Assembly (NCBI GenBank): GCA_976551045.1
Contig: CDPCPM010000176.1
Coordinates: forward strand, 8,680,001-8,744,000
Direction: 5' to 3'
Source: Glaucostegus cemiculus
Lineage: Eukaryota
DNA length: 64,000 bases
Position numbers and translations under genes: made by a program
The notes under the pieces: generated by a model
The model's database searches: none
Told to the model about the DNA's origin: nothing
Seen by the model: only the letters and a program-made list of their open reading frames with translations
Part shown: in pieces, positions 34,893 to 47,545 of the stretch
How positions within the stretch are numbered: the stretch's first letter is position 1
Layout: each line of letters opens with the position of its first letter

Positions 34893-35544
34893 TATGGTTA
34901 GTTTCCCAGAGTCTCACTGTGAATGAGAGAGGACCTGTTCTCTGTATCACTCTTTGTGTACGTGGAGGAGTAGAAGAGCTTCCTCAAGGATCGGGCACCT
35001 TCCCTGCCTGTGACCGTGCCCCTCCTGCAATTGTATTCCATCTACCCACATCTTCCTGATTCCTGCTGTAAACCTGCACCACATGTCCCCGCCACATCCA
35101 CTCACCGGTGTGGCCAGTGATGAGGGTAGTCCTCATGTGCTGGCTGGCAAGACAGGCAGGAAATAAGTCTTTTAGAAGATCCCTTCCATTGAATTGGACA
35201 GGATTTCTGGAAACTGCCCATGGCTTTGTGCCTGCAGAAGTTTTACCAGCTCCTTTGAGTAAGATCATTGAATTATAGAAAGTTAGGATATAGATGAGGT
35301 CATCTGGTCCATTGCTTTCACCCTGGTCTGGCAAGAACTACTTCAGCTAATACCACTTCCCAATACTTGGTATGTAACCAGGTAGGTTATTGTTCTTCAA
35401 GTAGCCTTCCAGATGCTTTCCTTCTCCCACCATTCTTTGGTTGACCTCATTTTTCCTCCTCTAATCCCTCTACAAATTAACAAACCTATGCTGTTAGTTA
35501 TTGTCTTCTCTGCCAGAAAACAAAGGTCTTCCTTTCTCACTTTC

Positions 35545-36685
35545 TTGGTATTGGTGTTGGTTTATTGCTGTCACTTGTACTGAGGTACAGTGAAAAACTT
35601 GTCATGCAAACCGATCGTACAGGTCAGTTCATTACACAATGTAGTTACATTGATGTAGTACAGGTAAAAACAATGACAGTACAGAGTAAAGTATCACAGC
35701 TACAGAGAAAGTGCAGTGCAATAACATGTGAGATCACAACAAGGTAGCTTGTGAAGTCAGAGTCCATCTCATCATGTAAGGGAACCGTTCAATAGTCTTA
35801 TCAGTCCTTAAGTCTGGTGGTACGTGCCCTCAGGCTCCTGTATCTTCTACCCGATGGAAGAGGAGAGAAGAGAGAATGACTTGGGTGGGTGGGGTCTTTG
35901 ATTATGCTGGCTGCTTCACCAAGGCAGTGAGAGGTAAAGACAGTGTCCAAGGAGGGGAAGCTGGTTTCTGTGATGCGCTGCGCTGTGTCCACAACTCTCT
36001 GCAGTTCCTTGTGGTCCTGGGCAGAGCAATTGCCATACCAAGCCATGATGCACTCAGATAGGGTTGCAGATAAGGATGCTTTCTATGGGGCATTGATAAT
36101 AGTTTTTTTTATTTATTTACAGCGTGGTAACAGGCCCTTTCGGCCCAATGAGTCCGCGCCACCCATTTTAAACCCCCAAATTAACCTACCCGTACGTCTT
36201 TAAAATGTGGGAGGAAACCGGAGCATCCAGAAGAAACCCACACAGACACAGGAGAACGTACAAACTCCTTACAGTCAGTGACAGGAATTGAACCCCGATC
36301 ACTGGCGCTGTAACAGCATCGTGCTAACCGCTACATTATCGTGCTGCTAAAGTTGGTGAGTGTCAAAGGGGACAAACTGAATTTCTTTAGCCTCTTGAAG
36401 AAGTAGAGGTGCTGGTGAGCTTTCTTGGCTATGGCATCTATGTGATTTGACCAGGACAGGCTGTTGGTGATGTTCACTCCCAGGAACTTGAAACTCTCAA
36501 CCCTCTCAACCTCAGCACCATTGATGTAGACAGGTGTGTGTACACCGCCCCCTTTCCTGTAGTCAATGACCAGCTCTTTTGTTGACACTGAAGGAAAAGT
36601 TGTTGTCATGACTCCATGCCACTAAACTCTCTATCTCCTTCCTGTACTCTGACTCATCGCTGTTTGAGATATGCCCTATCACAGC
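35545..36685 (-). mobile_element. Rex1/Babar-type LINE (RT C-terminus plus 3' UTR) interrupted by a SINE
   Basis: ORFs TKELVIDYRK...INGAEVERVESFKFLGVNITNSLSWSNHIDAIAKKAHQHLYF and AWYGNCSAQDHKELQRVV...LPSGRRYRSL; (CCAATA)-type tail as at 6460. Confidence 0.92.
36102..36347 (-). mobile_element. Young V-SINE, subfamily A, inserted in Rex1
   Basis: Close match to 24243-24494; imperfect TSD taatagtt / taaagtt. Confidence 0.93.
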
Positions 36686-36739
36686 AGCCTGTTACACCTC
36701 TATTAATTTCCACCTCTTTGTTATTTGTTTGAAAAAATA

Positions 36740-37640
36740 ACAATCACATCGTAAACATTTTTTCCCATAACTTACAAACTCCAGACCTGGTACTTCTCTA
36801 TTGCTTCACACCAGCATTTCAAACGTGGCCTAACCACTAATGCAGCTTCAGTATTGCACATATTTCTGGTCCCTGCATTACAGGAGAGATATGATTGCCC
36901 TGGAGCGGCCACAGAGAAGATTTTCAAGACTGTTGCCGGGCTAAAAAGTGTTGCTATGAGGAAGGATTAGATAAACTTTTCTTTATTTTCTTTGGACGGA
37001 GGAGGATGAGGTAAGACGTAATTGAAATGCATAAAATTATGGGGGGCCTCAACAGAACAAACAGGAAGGACCTCATTCCCTTAGCAGAGTGGTAAAGTAA
37101 AATGGAGGATATAGATTTAGAGTCATTGACAGAACAAACAGAGGGGACATGAGGAAAAAACTGTCCTATATGGTCACTGATTGGCATCTGAAAGGGTGGG
37201 GGAGAGAGAAACCATCATCTTTCTTTAAATAGCTGTGGGATGTGTCTTTGAAAAGCCATGACCTGCAGGGGTAGTGACTCAGTGCTGGAACGTCTGATTC
37301 CATTGGCATTGCAGCCAAAGGACAAACGACCTTCATTTGTAATGTTCTATGATTCTACATTTGGTCAATAATGTTTAATATTTTATATTGCACCTTAACC
37401 ATGTTATCTGCTGCCCTGCTATCTTTAAGGTTCTGTGGACTTATATTCCAGTCTCCTTCTGTTTCTCTACATGTTTGCTAACCTTCTATTATTTATATTC
37501 CCTTGCTCTGTTTGCCCACCTCAACACCTTCACCCTATACTTAGCTGGACTTGCACTTAGCTACATTTTTAGACACCGAATGTCTATTGACCGCTTTCTT
37601 GTGGTCTTGTGCTCTGCAAATTTTGGTATCATCTGCAAAG
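36740..37640. mobile_element. Old CR1 fragments: plus copy (36860-37360) flanked by minus-strand relics
   Basis: cattacaggagagatatgattgccctggagcgg..cagagaagattttcaagactgttgccggg; gctatgaggaaggattagataaact; ggtatcatctgcaaagttt (reverse of FADDT). Confidence 0.7.
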
Positions 37641-38869
37641 TTTGTGAGTGCTTGATCGAGGCTTTCAGATTTAAAGCTGAGATGGCATGGGTTGGGGGAA
37701 AGGGAGCAATCTTTAAAATTTTAGCTCACTTGGCTCTCTACCCTGTCCCCAGGGCTAAAGTAACCCCCATTGTTTCCCACTGAATCAGCACATGACACAT
37801 GAATAATCCAACTGGTTCAGTCGGAGGGACACCACTTATGCCCTAATGCTCATATGTGCCAAGCACCATGTCAATGGGACACTTATTCCCAAGCCTTGTG
37901 CCAACTACATGCACCAGTAATGGGCAAGGAATGCTGTAATACTGAAGTACAGCAACTAAATGCCTTTTGCTTAGAGCCAAAATTTTTAAAGATTTACTGC
38001 TCTCAACTTAGATTTAGTAGGTGCATTTCCAAGTGATTGTTAACCATTCAAGAACTTACAGGGAGAGGGTAGATTCTCATCTTCCCTCCTCATGGCAAAG
38101 CTGATGTGATGGGTTATCTTGGTGCTGTAAAAAGCAGCTGCTTTCCTATAGAATGAATCCAAGGAAAATGTTTATTGGCAGCTTCTGTAATGAACCAATG
38201 ATACCCAACTTCAGTTTTATAAGTTGATCGCTTTGAAACTTTACCCCAGTGGGTTCCAGTAGATGTCTCGATGGTTGAGACTAACTAACGTAGCTTATAC
38301 TGTAGACTTAACCTGGCAAATCTGTCACTCACACATCATTACACGCTTGAAGATGGTCTTGAAAGCTCTCTGAGGTCTTATCTTCTGTTATTCCGGTGCC
38401 CTTGTGTGACTTCAAAGATTAGTTTTATCATGGAGATGTTTGAATCCTGAAGAGGCACTCTTCAGCCAAGCCTTAAACATATTCACAATTAACGACTAAT
38501 AAATTACACTTCAGAAAGCAGGCGGACAACATTCAGAATTCCTTTGTATATCAAAAGTCAGATTAAGCAGATTCAATTAACCAAATCTTCCAATGAAGTA
38601 CATTAAATCAATAGGCCTAGCAGATGTCCTCAGTGTAAGAGGATGAATGAGCTGACCTCACTGCTGTCTTGAGTGTGCAATCAACCTTCCTGCACTTCAT
38701 AGTTAGTTTCAATTGACATTAATTATTCTTTCCATTGAGGAACAGAACATTTATTTCAGAAGATTCTTCTAAATGAGATTTCAATGCTGTGACAGTTGTG
38801 GGGCATTGAAGGGAAAGTTCCAGTAGGAATAAAAGTACCTACAAGTGCTGACAATAATTAAGGAAAGCA

Positions 38870-39000
38870 AATAAAACTGCAGCTGCTGGAATGTGAAACA
38901 AAAACAGAAATAAAGGAAGAACTCAGCCAGTCAAGCAGCATCTGCGGAAAGAGAAACCAGCCAATGGTTCAGGTTGAAGTCCCTTTGTCAGAACTGGTTC
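38870..39000 (-). mobile_element. Penelope-like terminal arm
   Basis: ctgcagctgctggaatgtgaaacaaaaacagaa...actcagccagtcaagcagcatctgcggaaagagaaac...ttcaggttgaagtccctttgtcagaactgg. Confidence 0.72.
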
Positions 39001-39010
39001 ATCAAATGTT

Positions 39011-39380
39011 ACATGGAACAAAGAAGACTACAGCACAGTACAGGCCCTTCGGTCCACAATGTTGTGCTGACATTTTATCCTGCTCCAAGATCTATCTAAC
39101 CCTTCCCTCCACATAACTCATCATTTCACTAACATTCATGTGTCTCTCTAAGAGTGTTTTAACTGTCCCTAATGTATCTGCCCCCACAACCTCTGCTGGT
39201 ATTGCGATCCAAGCACCCACCACTCTCTGTTGAAAAAACTTACCCCTGACATTCCCGTTATACCTTCCTCCAATCACCTTAAAATTATGTCCCCTCATGT
39301 TAGCCATTGTCGCCCTGGGAAAAAGTCTCTGACTGTCCACTTGATCTGTGCCTCATCATCTTGTACACCTCTATCAAGTC
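39011..39380 (-). mobile_element. CR1 3' end
   Basis: ORF 39092-39340(-) DSQRLFPRATMANMRGHNFKVIGGRYNGNVRGKFFQQRVVGAW; same subfamily as 58508-58958. Confidence 0.92.
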
Positions 39381-39649
39381 TTATGTACACCTTATGCAAA
39401 TTTCTCACACATCCTTACCATGATATAAATTTTATAGGTGAGTCTTTATCTCAAGAAATGATAAATTGATGGTGAGATGAAATTAGATAAGACGAGGCTC
39501 ACAGTGTGTAAGCCTAACATTGACCAGTTGAGCAAAATGGCCAGTTGCCATGCTATTTTTCTCCCTTTAAATTTCACAGATTGCACTAGTTCTTTCTTGC
39601 TTCTTCTCTCTCTCCCTCTCATACATCTAGTAAACTCTACAGTGTAACT

Positions 39650-39790
39650 CTAACTTAATTTATTCTCTATTTATTTAATATTTAAGTACTGTGCCTATTG
39701 TCTGACATGGGAGTGCCAATGAAATCTCGTTGTTCTGTTGTCTCAACGGCTCAATGACAATAAAGCAATTTTGAATCTTGAATCTTGTAT
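39650..39790 (+). mobile_element. LINE 3' end, possibly Rex1-like, with (TTGAATC)n tail
   Basis: atctcgttgttctg...caatgacaataaagcaattttgaatcttgaatcttg. Confidence 0.55.
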
Positions 39791-40614
39791 TAAACATTGC
39801 AGTGGATTTGAGCAGATAATCCAAGGTGACATGTCAGTGTAGCAATGAGGGCCGTTGAGTATGTACGTGTCACCATTCAGTTGAGATGCCAAACCAATGC
39901 TTTATCCTTCCATTCGGATGGAGATTGAAGAATTGCAAAGGTCTTCTTCCCAAGTTTCTTCACCTGCTCCTTAGAATTACCTGAGAGGATGGTACCGGCA
40001 AGATCAATGGCTAAACTTTGATCTCTTCTCAGACCCCGTTATTGATGGTCTCCATATGAGACAGCAGAACATTTTGGGGCCCAGATTAATGCTGCAGCCC
40101 CTCCTTCCTCAAGATGCTAACCTTCTTGCGGAAACAGGGGTTCCTCTAATCAAAGAGCTGGTGCGTAAGTTGTTTATACTGAAAATTAACAGCATAAAAG
40201 GCAAAATGACTTATTTTATTTATTGTTTCACAGGATTTGGTGTTGCTGTCAAGGACACCATTTATTGACCATCCCCAATTCCCCTTGAGAAGATGGAGGA
40301 TGGGAGACACAGCAGCCTGTCCTGTGAAGGTTCTCCCACACTGCTGTACACTTCCAGATGCAGCCAGTGAATTAGTTTTACAGAGTAACCACTGGGGTTT
40401 TTGACTTATTGCACGTTATGTTGAATTTTCTTGTCCTGCTAATGTTGTACCTGCCAAGGGGAGACCCAGAACCAAGCCTGAACCTTTGCTCATTTGACCG
40501 CTACCTTTACCCTCTCACCATCAGCAGGTGTGTGGTCAGAGGTCATGTGCTGGTGACTGAAGCCGGTAACTGTGGCCCCAGCTCCATTCTACCCACAAAC
40601 CTGGCATCTTCAGT

Positions 40615-41040
40615 GGAACACAGGCAATAGGAGCACGAGGAGGCCAGTGCAGTCATGACTGATCGTCCACATTCAGTTCCTGCTTTCTCCCCATATCTCT
40701 TGATTTCGTTAGCCAGAGAAATAATATCTAATTCCTTCTTGAATATATCTAATGATTTGGCTTCAACTGCTTTCTGTGGTGGAGACTTCCATAGGTTCAC
40801 CTCTCTCTCGCAGAAGAAATTTCTCCTCATCTCAGTGTTAGGCAGCTTACTCCTTATCCTCAGTTTGTGACCCCTGGTCTTCGACTCCCTGGTCATCAGG
40901 ATCATCCTTCCTGTAACTAATCTGTCGAGTCCTGTTCGAATTCATAGACTCCTCTCACTCATCTAAACTCTAGCGAAGATAAGTCTCATTGACTCCACCT
41001 CTGTTCACATGTTAATCCTGTCATCCCAAGAACCAGTCCA
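40615..41040 (-). mobile_element. CR1 3' end
   Basis: ORF 40543-40905(-) ESKTRGHKLRIR...EMRRNFFCEREVNLWKSPPQKAVEAKSLDIFKKELD. Confidence 0.88.
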
Positions 41041-41489
41041 AGTCATACAGCTCAGGAAACACTGGGCAAGGTGCATCAACGTCAAATGATCAGGGAACTA
41101 GTACTAATCACATAAAATAAAACTCATGTCAATTTTACACAGTTCATAAAACATACTTAAATTATATAAGACTCTAAATTATTATTTATTACTGGAGATG
41201 GTTTGCTCAAAATTATTCTAACATGAATGTGAACTTCCCATAACCAGGCTGGTTTATCCCCATTGTGGCTTTCTTTCCTGTACCTCTCAACTTTACCCAA
41301 ATTTAAACAAAACAGGCTTTAGCCAGGAAGAGGAAGGAACAGAAGTACATGCTGAAGCATAAACGTGAAACTACTGACCACTTTCTATGTAGTAAATTCT
41401 ATGGTCAGCAAGCAACAGGCTGGGTTTACACAGACTGGGTTTGTGCTGGGGGTTGGGAGAGAGTCACAGACAGAATAATCAGGAGTCTT

Positions 41490-41660
41490 GGAGACACTAG
41501 AGACTGAAGATGCTGGAATCTGAAGCAAAAAACCAAACTGCTGGAAGAACTTGAAGGTCAGGCAGCGCCTGTGGAAGCCAAGGGATGGTGGACATTTTGG
41601 GTCATGGACCTGCATCAGGATTGGTCGATGTTTCAGCTCATGACCCTGCATCAGAATTGT
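41490..41660 (-). mobile_element. Penelope-like arm with a duplicated, degenerate hammerhead-like motif
   Basis: Minus strand: CTGATGCagggtcatgagctGAAAcatcgacc, then CTGATGCaggtccatgacccAAAAtgtcc, then the family arm. Confidence 0.65.
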
Positions 41661-41864
41661 TCTTCGGATCTTTGAGCTGTAATGATATATGGGGAGCTAA
41701 TTCATGGGGTGTGTAGGAATGCCTCCTTTCCCGTCTGGCTCACAGATTGTGTCGCAAAAGTCCTCTCCCTGAATCTGTTCTTACTTGTTGGCGTTGGGTT
41801 TCCTGCGGTCGGGAGACCTTGTCTAAAACCTGCCAGGGCTGGTGGAGCAGATGATAGGATCAAA

Positions 41865-42060
41865 AGTATTGCTGACAGTGGAAATCTAAACCAGGTTAGG
41901 CAACACTCACGGGGAGAGAGGCAGAATTAACTTGTTGGTCCATGACCTTTCATCAGATCTGGAACAGCCCTCTGTCCTCATTGACCTGAAGCATTAAATC
42001 TGTTTCTCTCTCCGCTGATGCTGATTGACGTGTTGAGTTTTTAACATTTTACTTCTATTT
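41865..42060. mobile_element. Decayed palindromic Penelope-like element
   Basis: ...gagagaggcagaattaacttgttggtccatgacctttcatcag | cattgacctgaagcattaaatctgtttctctctccgctgatgctg. Confidence 0.65.
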
Positions 42061-42064
42061 TAAG

Positions 42065-42600
42065 TGTGAGACTGACACTTGGAGTACGGTGTGCAGTTCT
42101 GGTTGTCTCATTACAGGAAGGATGTGGAGGCTTTGAAGAGGGTGCAGAAGAGGTTTACCGGGTTGCTGCCTGGATTAGAGGGTATGAGATATAAGGAGAG
42201 GTTAGACAAAATTGAGTTGTTTTCTCTGCAAGGGAGACCTCATAGAAGATTCTAGAATTATGATAGGCATAGATAGGATGGACTGAATCTTTTTTCCATA
42301 GTAGAAATGTCACATACCAGAGGGCATGCATTTAAAGTGAGAAGGGGAAGTTTAAAGGAGACGTGCAGGGCAAGTTCTTTACACAGAGGGGTGGGTGTCT
42401 GGAATGGGCTGCCAGGGGTGGTGGTGGAAACAGAAGCAATAAGGGGCTTTTAAGAGGCTGCTAGAGAGACACATGAATATGCAGGGAATGGAGGGATGTG
42501 GATTGTGTGCAGGCAGAAGAGATTTAGTTTAATTTGACATCATTTTTGACACAGACATCATGGGCCTAAAGGCCTGTTCCTGTGCTCTACTGTCCTACGC
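42065..42600 (+). mobile_element. CR1 3' fragment
   Basis: cacttggagtacggtgtgcagttctgg (HLEY.VQFW), RKDVEALKRVQKRFT, accagagggcatgcatttaaag, gggcaagttctttacacagag. Confidence 0.9.
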
Positions 42601-42664
42601 TCAATGTTTTATGCCAACTGCATTAAGCTGGTTACATTTCCAACAGGCCTCCAGGGAATAGGCT

Positions 42665-43430
42665 GCAGATCCTGTGCACTTTGTTACGTTAAACCAGGGC
42701 AAGATGAACACAGTAAGTGACAGGGTCCTGGAGGGTGCTGTAGAACAGAGAGACCTGGGGTACAAGTACATTGTTCCCCGAAGGTGGTGACACAGGTAGA
42801 CACTTGCTTTCATTCGTCAGGGTATAGAGTGCAACAGTTGTGAGTCATCCTACGGCTGCACAAAATGTTGGTGAGACCACACTTGGAGTATTGTGTGCAG
42901 TTCTGGTCTTCCTGGAAGGATGTCATTAAGCTGGAGGGGATGCTGAAAAGATTCATAAGGATGTTATTGGGACTGGAGGGCTTGAGTTAGAAGGAGAGGC
43001 TGGACAGGCTGGGGCTGTTATCCCTGGAACGAAGGAGTCTGAGGGGTGACATTACAGAGGTATATAAAATCATGAGGGCCATAGATAAGTTGAATGGTCA
43101 CAGTCAATGTTGGGGAGTCTAAAACTAGAAGGTATAGATTTAAGGTGGGAAGGGAAAGATTTAAAGAGGACCAGTGGGGCAAGTTTTTCACACAGACAAT
43201 GGTGGGCATATGGAATGAGCTGCCAGAGGAAGTCATAGAAGCAGATATGTACTACTTTTAAAGGACATGTAGATAGGTCCATGGAAAGGAAGGTTAAGAG
43301 GGATATGGGCCAATTGCAAGTAAATGGGATTACTCTAGATAGGCATCTTGGTTAGCATGAAGGAGTTGGGCCAAAGGGCCTGTTTCTATGCTGTATACGC
43401 TTCATGTGTGTTCTCTGTGACTCTCTTGTT
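42665..43430 (+). mobile_element. CR1 3' fragment (GACTCT-type tail)
   Basis: gaacagagagacctggggtacaagtacat (EQRDLGVQVH), LVRPHLEYCVQFWS, SLERRSLRGD, ggcaagtttttcacacag. Confidence 0.9.
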
Positions 43431-43689
43431 AGAATTGAAAGAGTCTCAAAGGTTCCTACTGGAAGCCAGAGGGTTTGGAAAGACTGAGGACATATGAAAA
43501 GGGTGAATGAAAAAAAAACACAGGATGAAATGAAAAGACTTTCTCCAGACATGTAGAGGACAGGCTGGTTAGGGAGGAACTACCAGTCATGGAATGATGA
43601 GTGGAGAATGAGCATTAGCCAAAGAACCGAGCTCAATGCTTTGCATCGACATTTATAGGGAAGATGGATGTTGGGAATGTGGAAAATGC

Positions 43690-44640
43690 TATAATATGGT
43701 CTCCACATTATGCAAAGGACACACAGGCATTGAAGCACGTGCAGGAATGATTTAGTCAAGTGTCATTGGAAATGGAAAGATTAAACAATCTGGGCTCTTC
43801 TCTCTCAAAAAGAGATGACCTGGTAGAGTTCTTCAAGATTATGAAAAAGTTTCCATTCTGTGGACATAGAAAACATGTTTCCACAGGTGGGTAAGACCAA
43901 AACTGGGGCCAGTTAATATAAGGCAGTCATTGTCAGGGAGTTCTGCATTAACTCCTTTTGGGCTGAAATGTCTTTGTCTGTGTGGAAGGTACATTGTGGT
44001 GGGTGCAGAACAGTTAGAAGAGATAATTGTCAATGAAGAAAATGCACCGAAGAAACTCAAGTTTCAGTTGGATAAGGCGCTGGCAACTGATCACTGATAT
44101 CCGAGAATCCCTGCAAAATCCAGGCAAGGATTCCCATCGGCACATCGTTCCGCAAAATTCTCTGAAAAGAAATTGTGCCAAAGGAGCTGGGAGTCAGTGA
44201 TAACACAGGGAATTATAAACCAGCCAGTCAGCTCAATTGTTCATAAATCACTGGAGTGTGTAATATGGGATGAAATTAAAACCCATGGAGAAACTGGAGC
44301 TTAATCAGCATAGTTAACACAAATTTCTAAGGGGCAGATTGTGGTTGACCAACCTCAAAGAACTATTTGAAGAAATAACAGGAAAGAAGATGGAGGCGAT
44401 GCTTTGGATACAGTTTCAGTGGATTTCAGAAGATACTTAATAAGGAGCCATACATAGCCAGACTCAAAGATGGTGCACTACAGAATTTGAAGGGGATGTG
44501 GCCACAAGGGAAGAGGTGGACAGAGGGAAGAAAGCAAGTGGTGACGTTAAAGGAAGATCCTTAGAATTTGGGAATGTGGTGAGCATTAATCTTCCAAGAT
44601 TCTTGTTGGAGCTGTTCCTTGTCATTCAATTAAAGGGGAG
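43690..44640 (+). mobile_element. Very old CR1 relics
   Basis: tggtctccacattatgcaaaggac, gatgacctggtagagttcttcaagattatg, gggaattataaaccagccagtc (GNYKP.S), ttgaccaacctcaaagaactatttgaagaa (LTNL.E.FEE). Confidence 0.6.
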
Positions 44641-44716
44641 AAATTCATCTCTGGGCATCATCAGTAAACCCATGAAAGGTTATTATACATTGCCAACTTT
44701 ACCATCTCTAAACTTG

Positions 44717-44733
44717 CCCCCCCCCCCCCCCCC
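44717..44733. repeat. Poly-C run (17 nt)
   Basis: Counted directly. Confidence 0.95.
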
Positions 44734-45769
44734 AGAAACAATGAGTTAAAGGGTTTGAGCCTGGTCTGAAAGTAAATGATTTGAGCAGTATCAAACGAAA
44801 TGAAGAACGAGTGGGAGAGTGGAATGAGATTAGTTGAGTCATGTGGTGAATAATACTCACATCAGATTAATGGCTTGTGTGGCCTTGATTCTAGAGTCTC
44901 TGGATTGTGAGCTAGTAAAGGAACAATGTTATTTGTTCCTCATAAGGGGATACATTCTGGTCATGCAACCGTTGCACAGCAAGTTCAGCATACAGCTGGA
45001 CTTAAATCTAGGAAGTTTGTCAATGTAGAGCACAGAATATTCTGTTATTGGCAGAGCTCGGTTTTATAGATACACCTCTGACTGTTGATATTTTCATCGG
45101 TCATGTACGACTCATATCATCTGCTGAAAGTCATTTCACTGCTCATAAGCACCGCCACACACAACACTAACATCAAGAATTCGGTTTGTTATGAGACAAC
45201 TTCAGGCTAAACTGGTCCCCACATGCTGCTCACATATGGGATCATTAACTCAAGATGCTGATTCCTACCCAATGCTTCAGTGGAACCACTTGTCAGGAGG
45301 AAACACTCTTCTCACCTGATTCTCCCCTTAGAGCACTGATACAGCATCACTCCAGTCTAGAGGATGGAAGGAATGCAAGCCAGTATTTGTAGGCACCAAC
45401 CTGTCTAAGTAAAGGCCTGGGCTTTATAAATGAAAATAGACAATGAATACAGAGCACAGATTAAGGGATTGCTATTTCCTTTCTTTGTAGGAAAACTGCC
45501 TGAACAGAAAGGAGGGACGGAAGGTAGGAAGAACCACTTGTCAAATCTGGACATTGCTAATCATTTTATAGCCAATTACTACATTTGGAGCATCACCTCT
45601 ATTATTCTGTAGGCCAAAATGCATTCACAGTTAGATCCTGCAACCATTATTATGGATTTGGTCAGTCTGATGTGACTATTTTTAACCCACCTGTCTTTAA
45701 AAAAAAATGCATGAATTATTAAACAAAGGATGTAAACATGACTTGCTAAAGCAACAAGGTACAAGAACA

Positions 45770-46095
45770 CTGAGGGTACAACTCGTAAAACTCCTGCCTT
45801 ACAGCTCCAGAGATCTGGGTTCAATCCTGACCTCTGGTGCTGTCTGTGTGGAGTCTACGTGTTCTCGGTGACTGCGTGAGTCTCCAGTTTTCTGCCAAAA
45901 CCTGAAGAAGTGCGAGTTGGTAGGTGAATTGGCCACTGTAAATTGGCCTTTGTGAAGTGAGTGGTGGGGGAGTTGATGGTAATGTGGGGGGGGGGCTAAA
46001 ATGGGTCAGGGTGGAAGCAGTATTAAGAATGGTGCTTGATGGTCAATGTGGACCAAAGGGCCTGTTTCCATTCTGTATAACACGGTGACTCTAAC
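45770..46095 (+). mobile_element. Old V-SINE/HE1-like copy
   Basis: ctgccttacagctccagagatctgggttcaatcctgacctctggtgctgtctgtgtggagt...ggaccaaagggcctgtttcc. Confidence 0.83.
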
Positions 46096-47339
46096 GGTTG
46101 ATCTGCATTCATTGGGCAAAAAGAGCGGGAAAATCCTCCTTCTCAGCAATGTCAAGAAACCTATCCAAATGGGTATTCTCTGACAATGCAACTCTTTCTT
46201 GGCACCGCATTGAGGTTGAAATGTGGTTGCTAAGTGAAGAAATTGTTAATAAACAATTTTTGAACAAGTCCTTCCTGTCAGAATCACAGTCTTATTACCA
46301 GTTCTGAACTAATGGGGACCAGATTTGTTTTATTGGCTGTTGCTAGGCAAGTACAGTTACTAGGGACTGTAGGTGGTCTTGACAGCATGCCAAAGCTGTC
46401 CTTGATTTCTGCCTGCAGAGCTGATGCTCTTTGTGGAGCTTCCAATCCAGGAACACCTTATGCTTGTGGTCTATTCACTCCTCACTCTCCTGCTTAGTGT
46501 AGAAGACAAGACTCTCTACACTGGGCAGCCCAAAGGATGTGGGTATCTTGTGGCTGTTGTTGGCTGCCAGGTGACAGGTGATCTGACAAGAGTTGTCTTT
46601 GTAGGGTCCTTTGGAAATACAACATTTATCTTGTTGGAACAACACCTTTGTTGATACTGAAGTTTTGGAGCCAGGTTGACGGTGATAATAGAGTGGATTA
46701 GTTGGTCTAGCAGTCGCTGGTACATGCCATGGCAGGGTTGATGTGAACATCCCTGTGGTCTCTCACACTGATGATGATGTACTTCAACAGGTGCCTGGAT
46801 CAAGGTGACACCACAAGCTCCTCTAACTGACTCTCTGACAAACTAGGTGTTAGCATTGACAGGAATATGCTTCAAGCATTTCAACAGGAGGACTTCACTG
46901 AAGCTAACTTTTCCTACTCTCTCAGGCCAATCACTCCTTGCTGAAGGTCTGAGACCCTTTCCTGCTTGGAATCAACAACAGAGGTGAACTTATCATGGAC
47001 AGGGAGGCAGTTTGCACTCACTAGATAGAACACGTGAAGATCTGCTCAGCCATGACTGTCCTTGATGTGAGCACCCTTGGATCCATCCCACTTCAAACGA
47101 TCTGGTTGATTCTCGCTCCACGCTTGACCAACAAGTAATTGAAAGGTCCATATGACAATGAGAAAACACAGGGCCTTGAGACAGATGGTGTCCCTGCTGA
47201 AGTTCCTAGAACTTGATGGTGAAGAAGTACAGCACAAATACACAACCTTATTATTCGCATCTGGGAAGAGACGCTTGTGCTAGGGAACCTTAGAGATAAG
47301 AAAAGAGAGAGGTCCAATTGTGACAACTACAGAGGGGTC

Positions 47340-47545
47340 AGAATCAGAATCAGAATCAAGTTTATTATCACTGTCTCATATTAAGTGAAATTTGTTGTTC
47401 TGCGGCAGCAGTACACTGCAAAAACATAATATTACTATAAATTACAAAATAAAGAAATGGTGAAAAAAATAATGAGGTAGTGTTTGTGGGTTCAAGGACC
47501 ATTCAGAAGTCTGATGATGGAGGGGAAGAAGCTGTTCCTGAATCG
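47340..47545 (-). mobile_element. Rex1/Babar-like 3' UTR fragment with (GATTCT)n tail, inserted in the RTE
   Basis: gaatcagaatcagaatcaagtttattatcactg...gaccattcagaagtctgatg..ggggaagaagctgttcctgaatc (reverse of RFRNSFFP). Confidence 0.8.

Noticed and set aside
40031-40170. Possible exon (ctcttctcag ... gtgcgtaagt)
   Set aside because: Splice-like signals are common by chance and the peptide has no recognisable homology.
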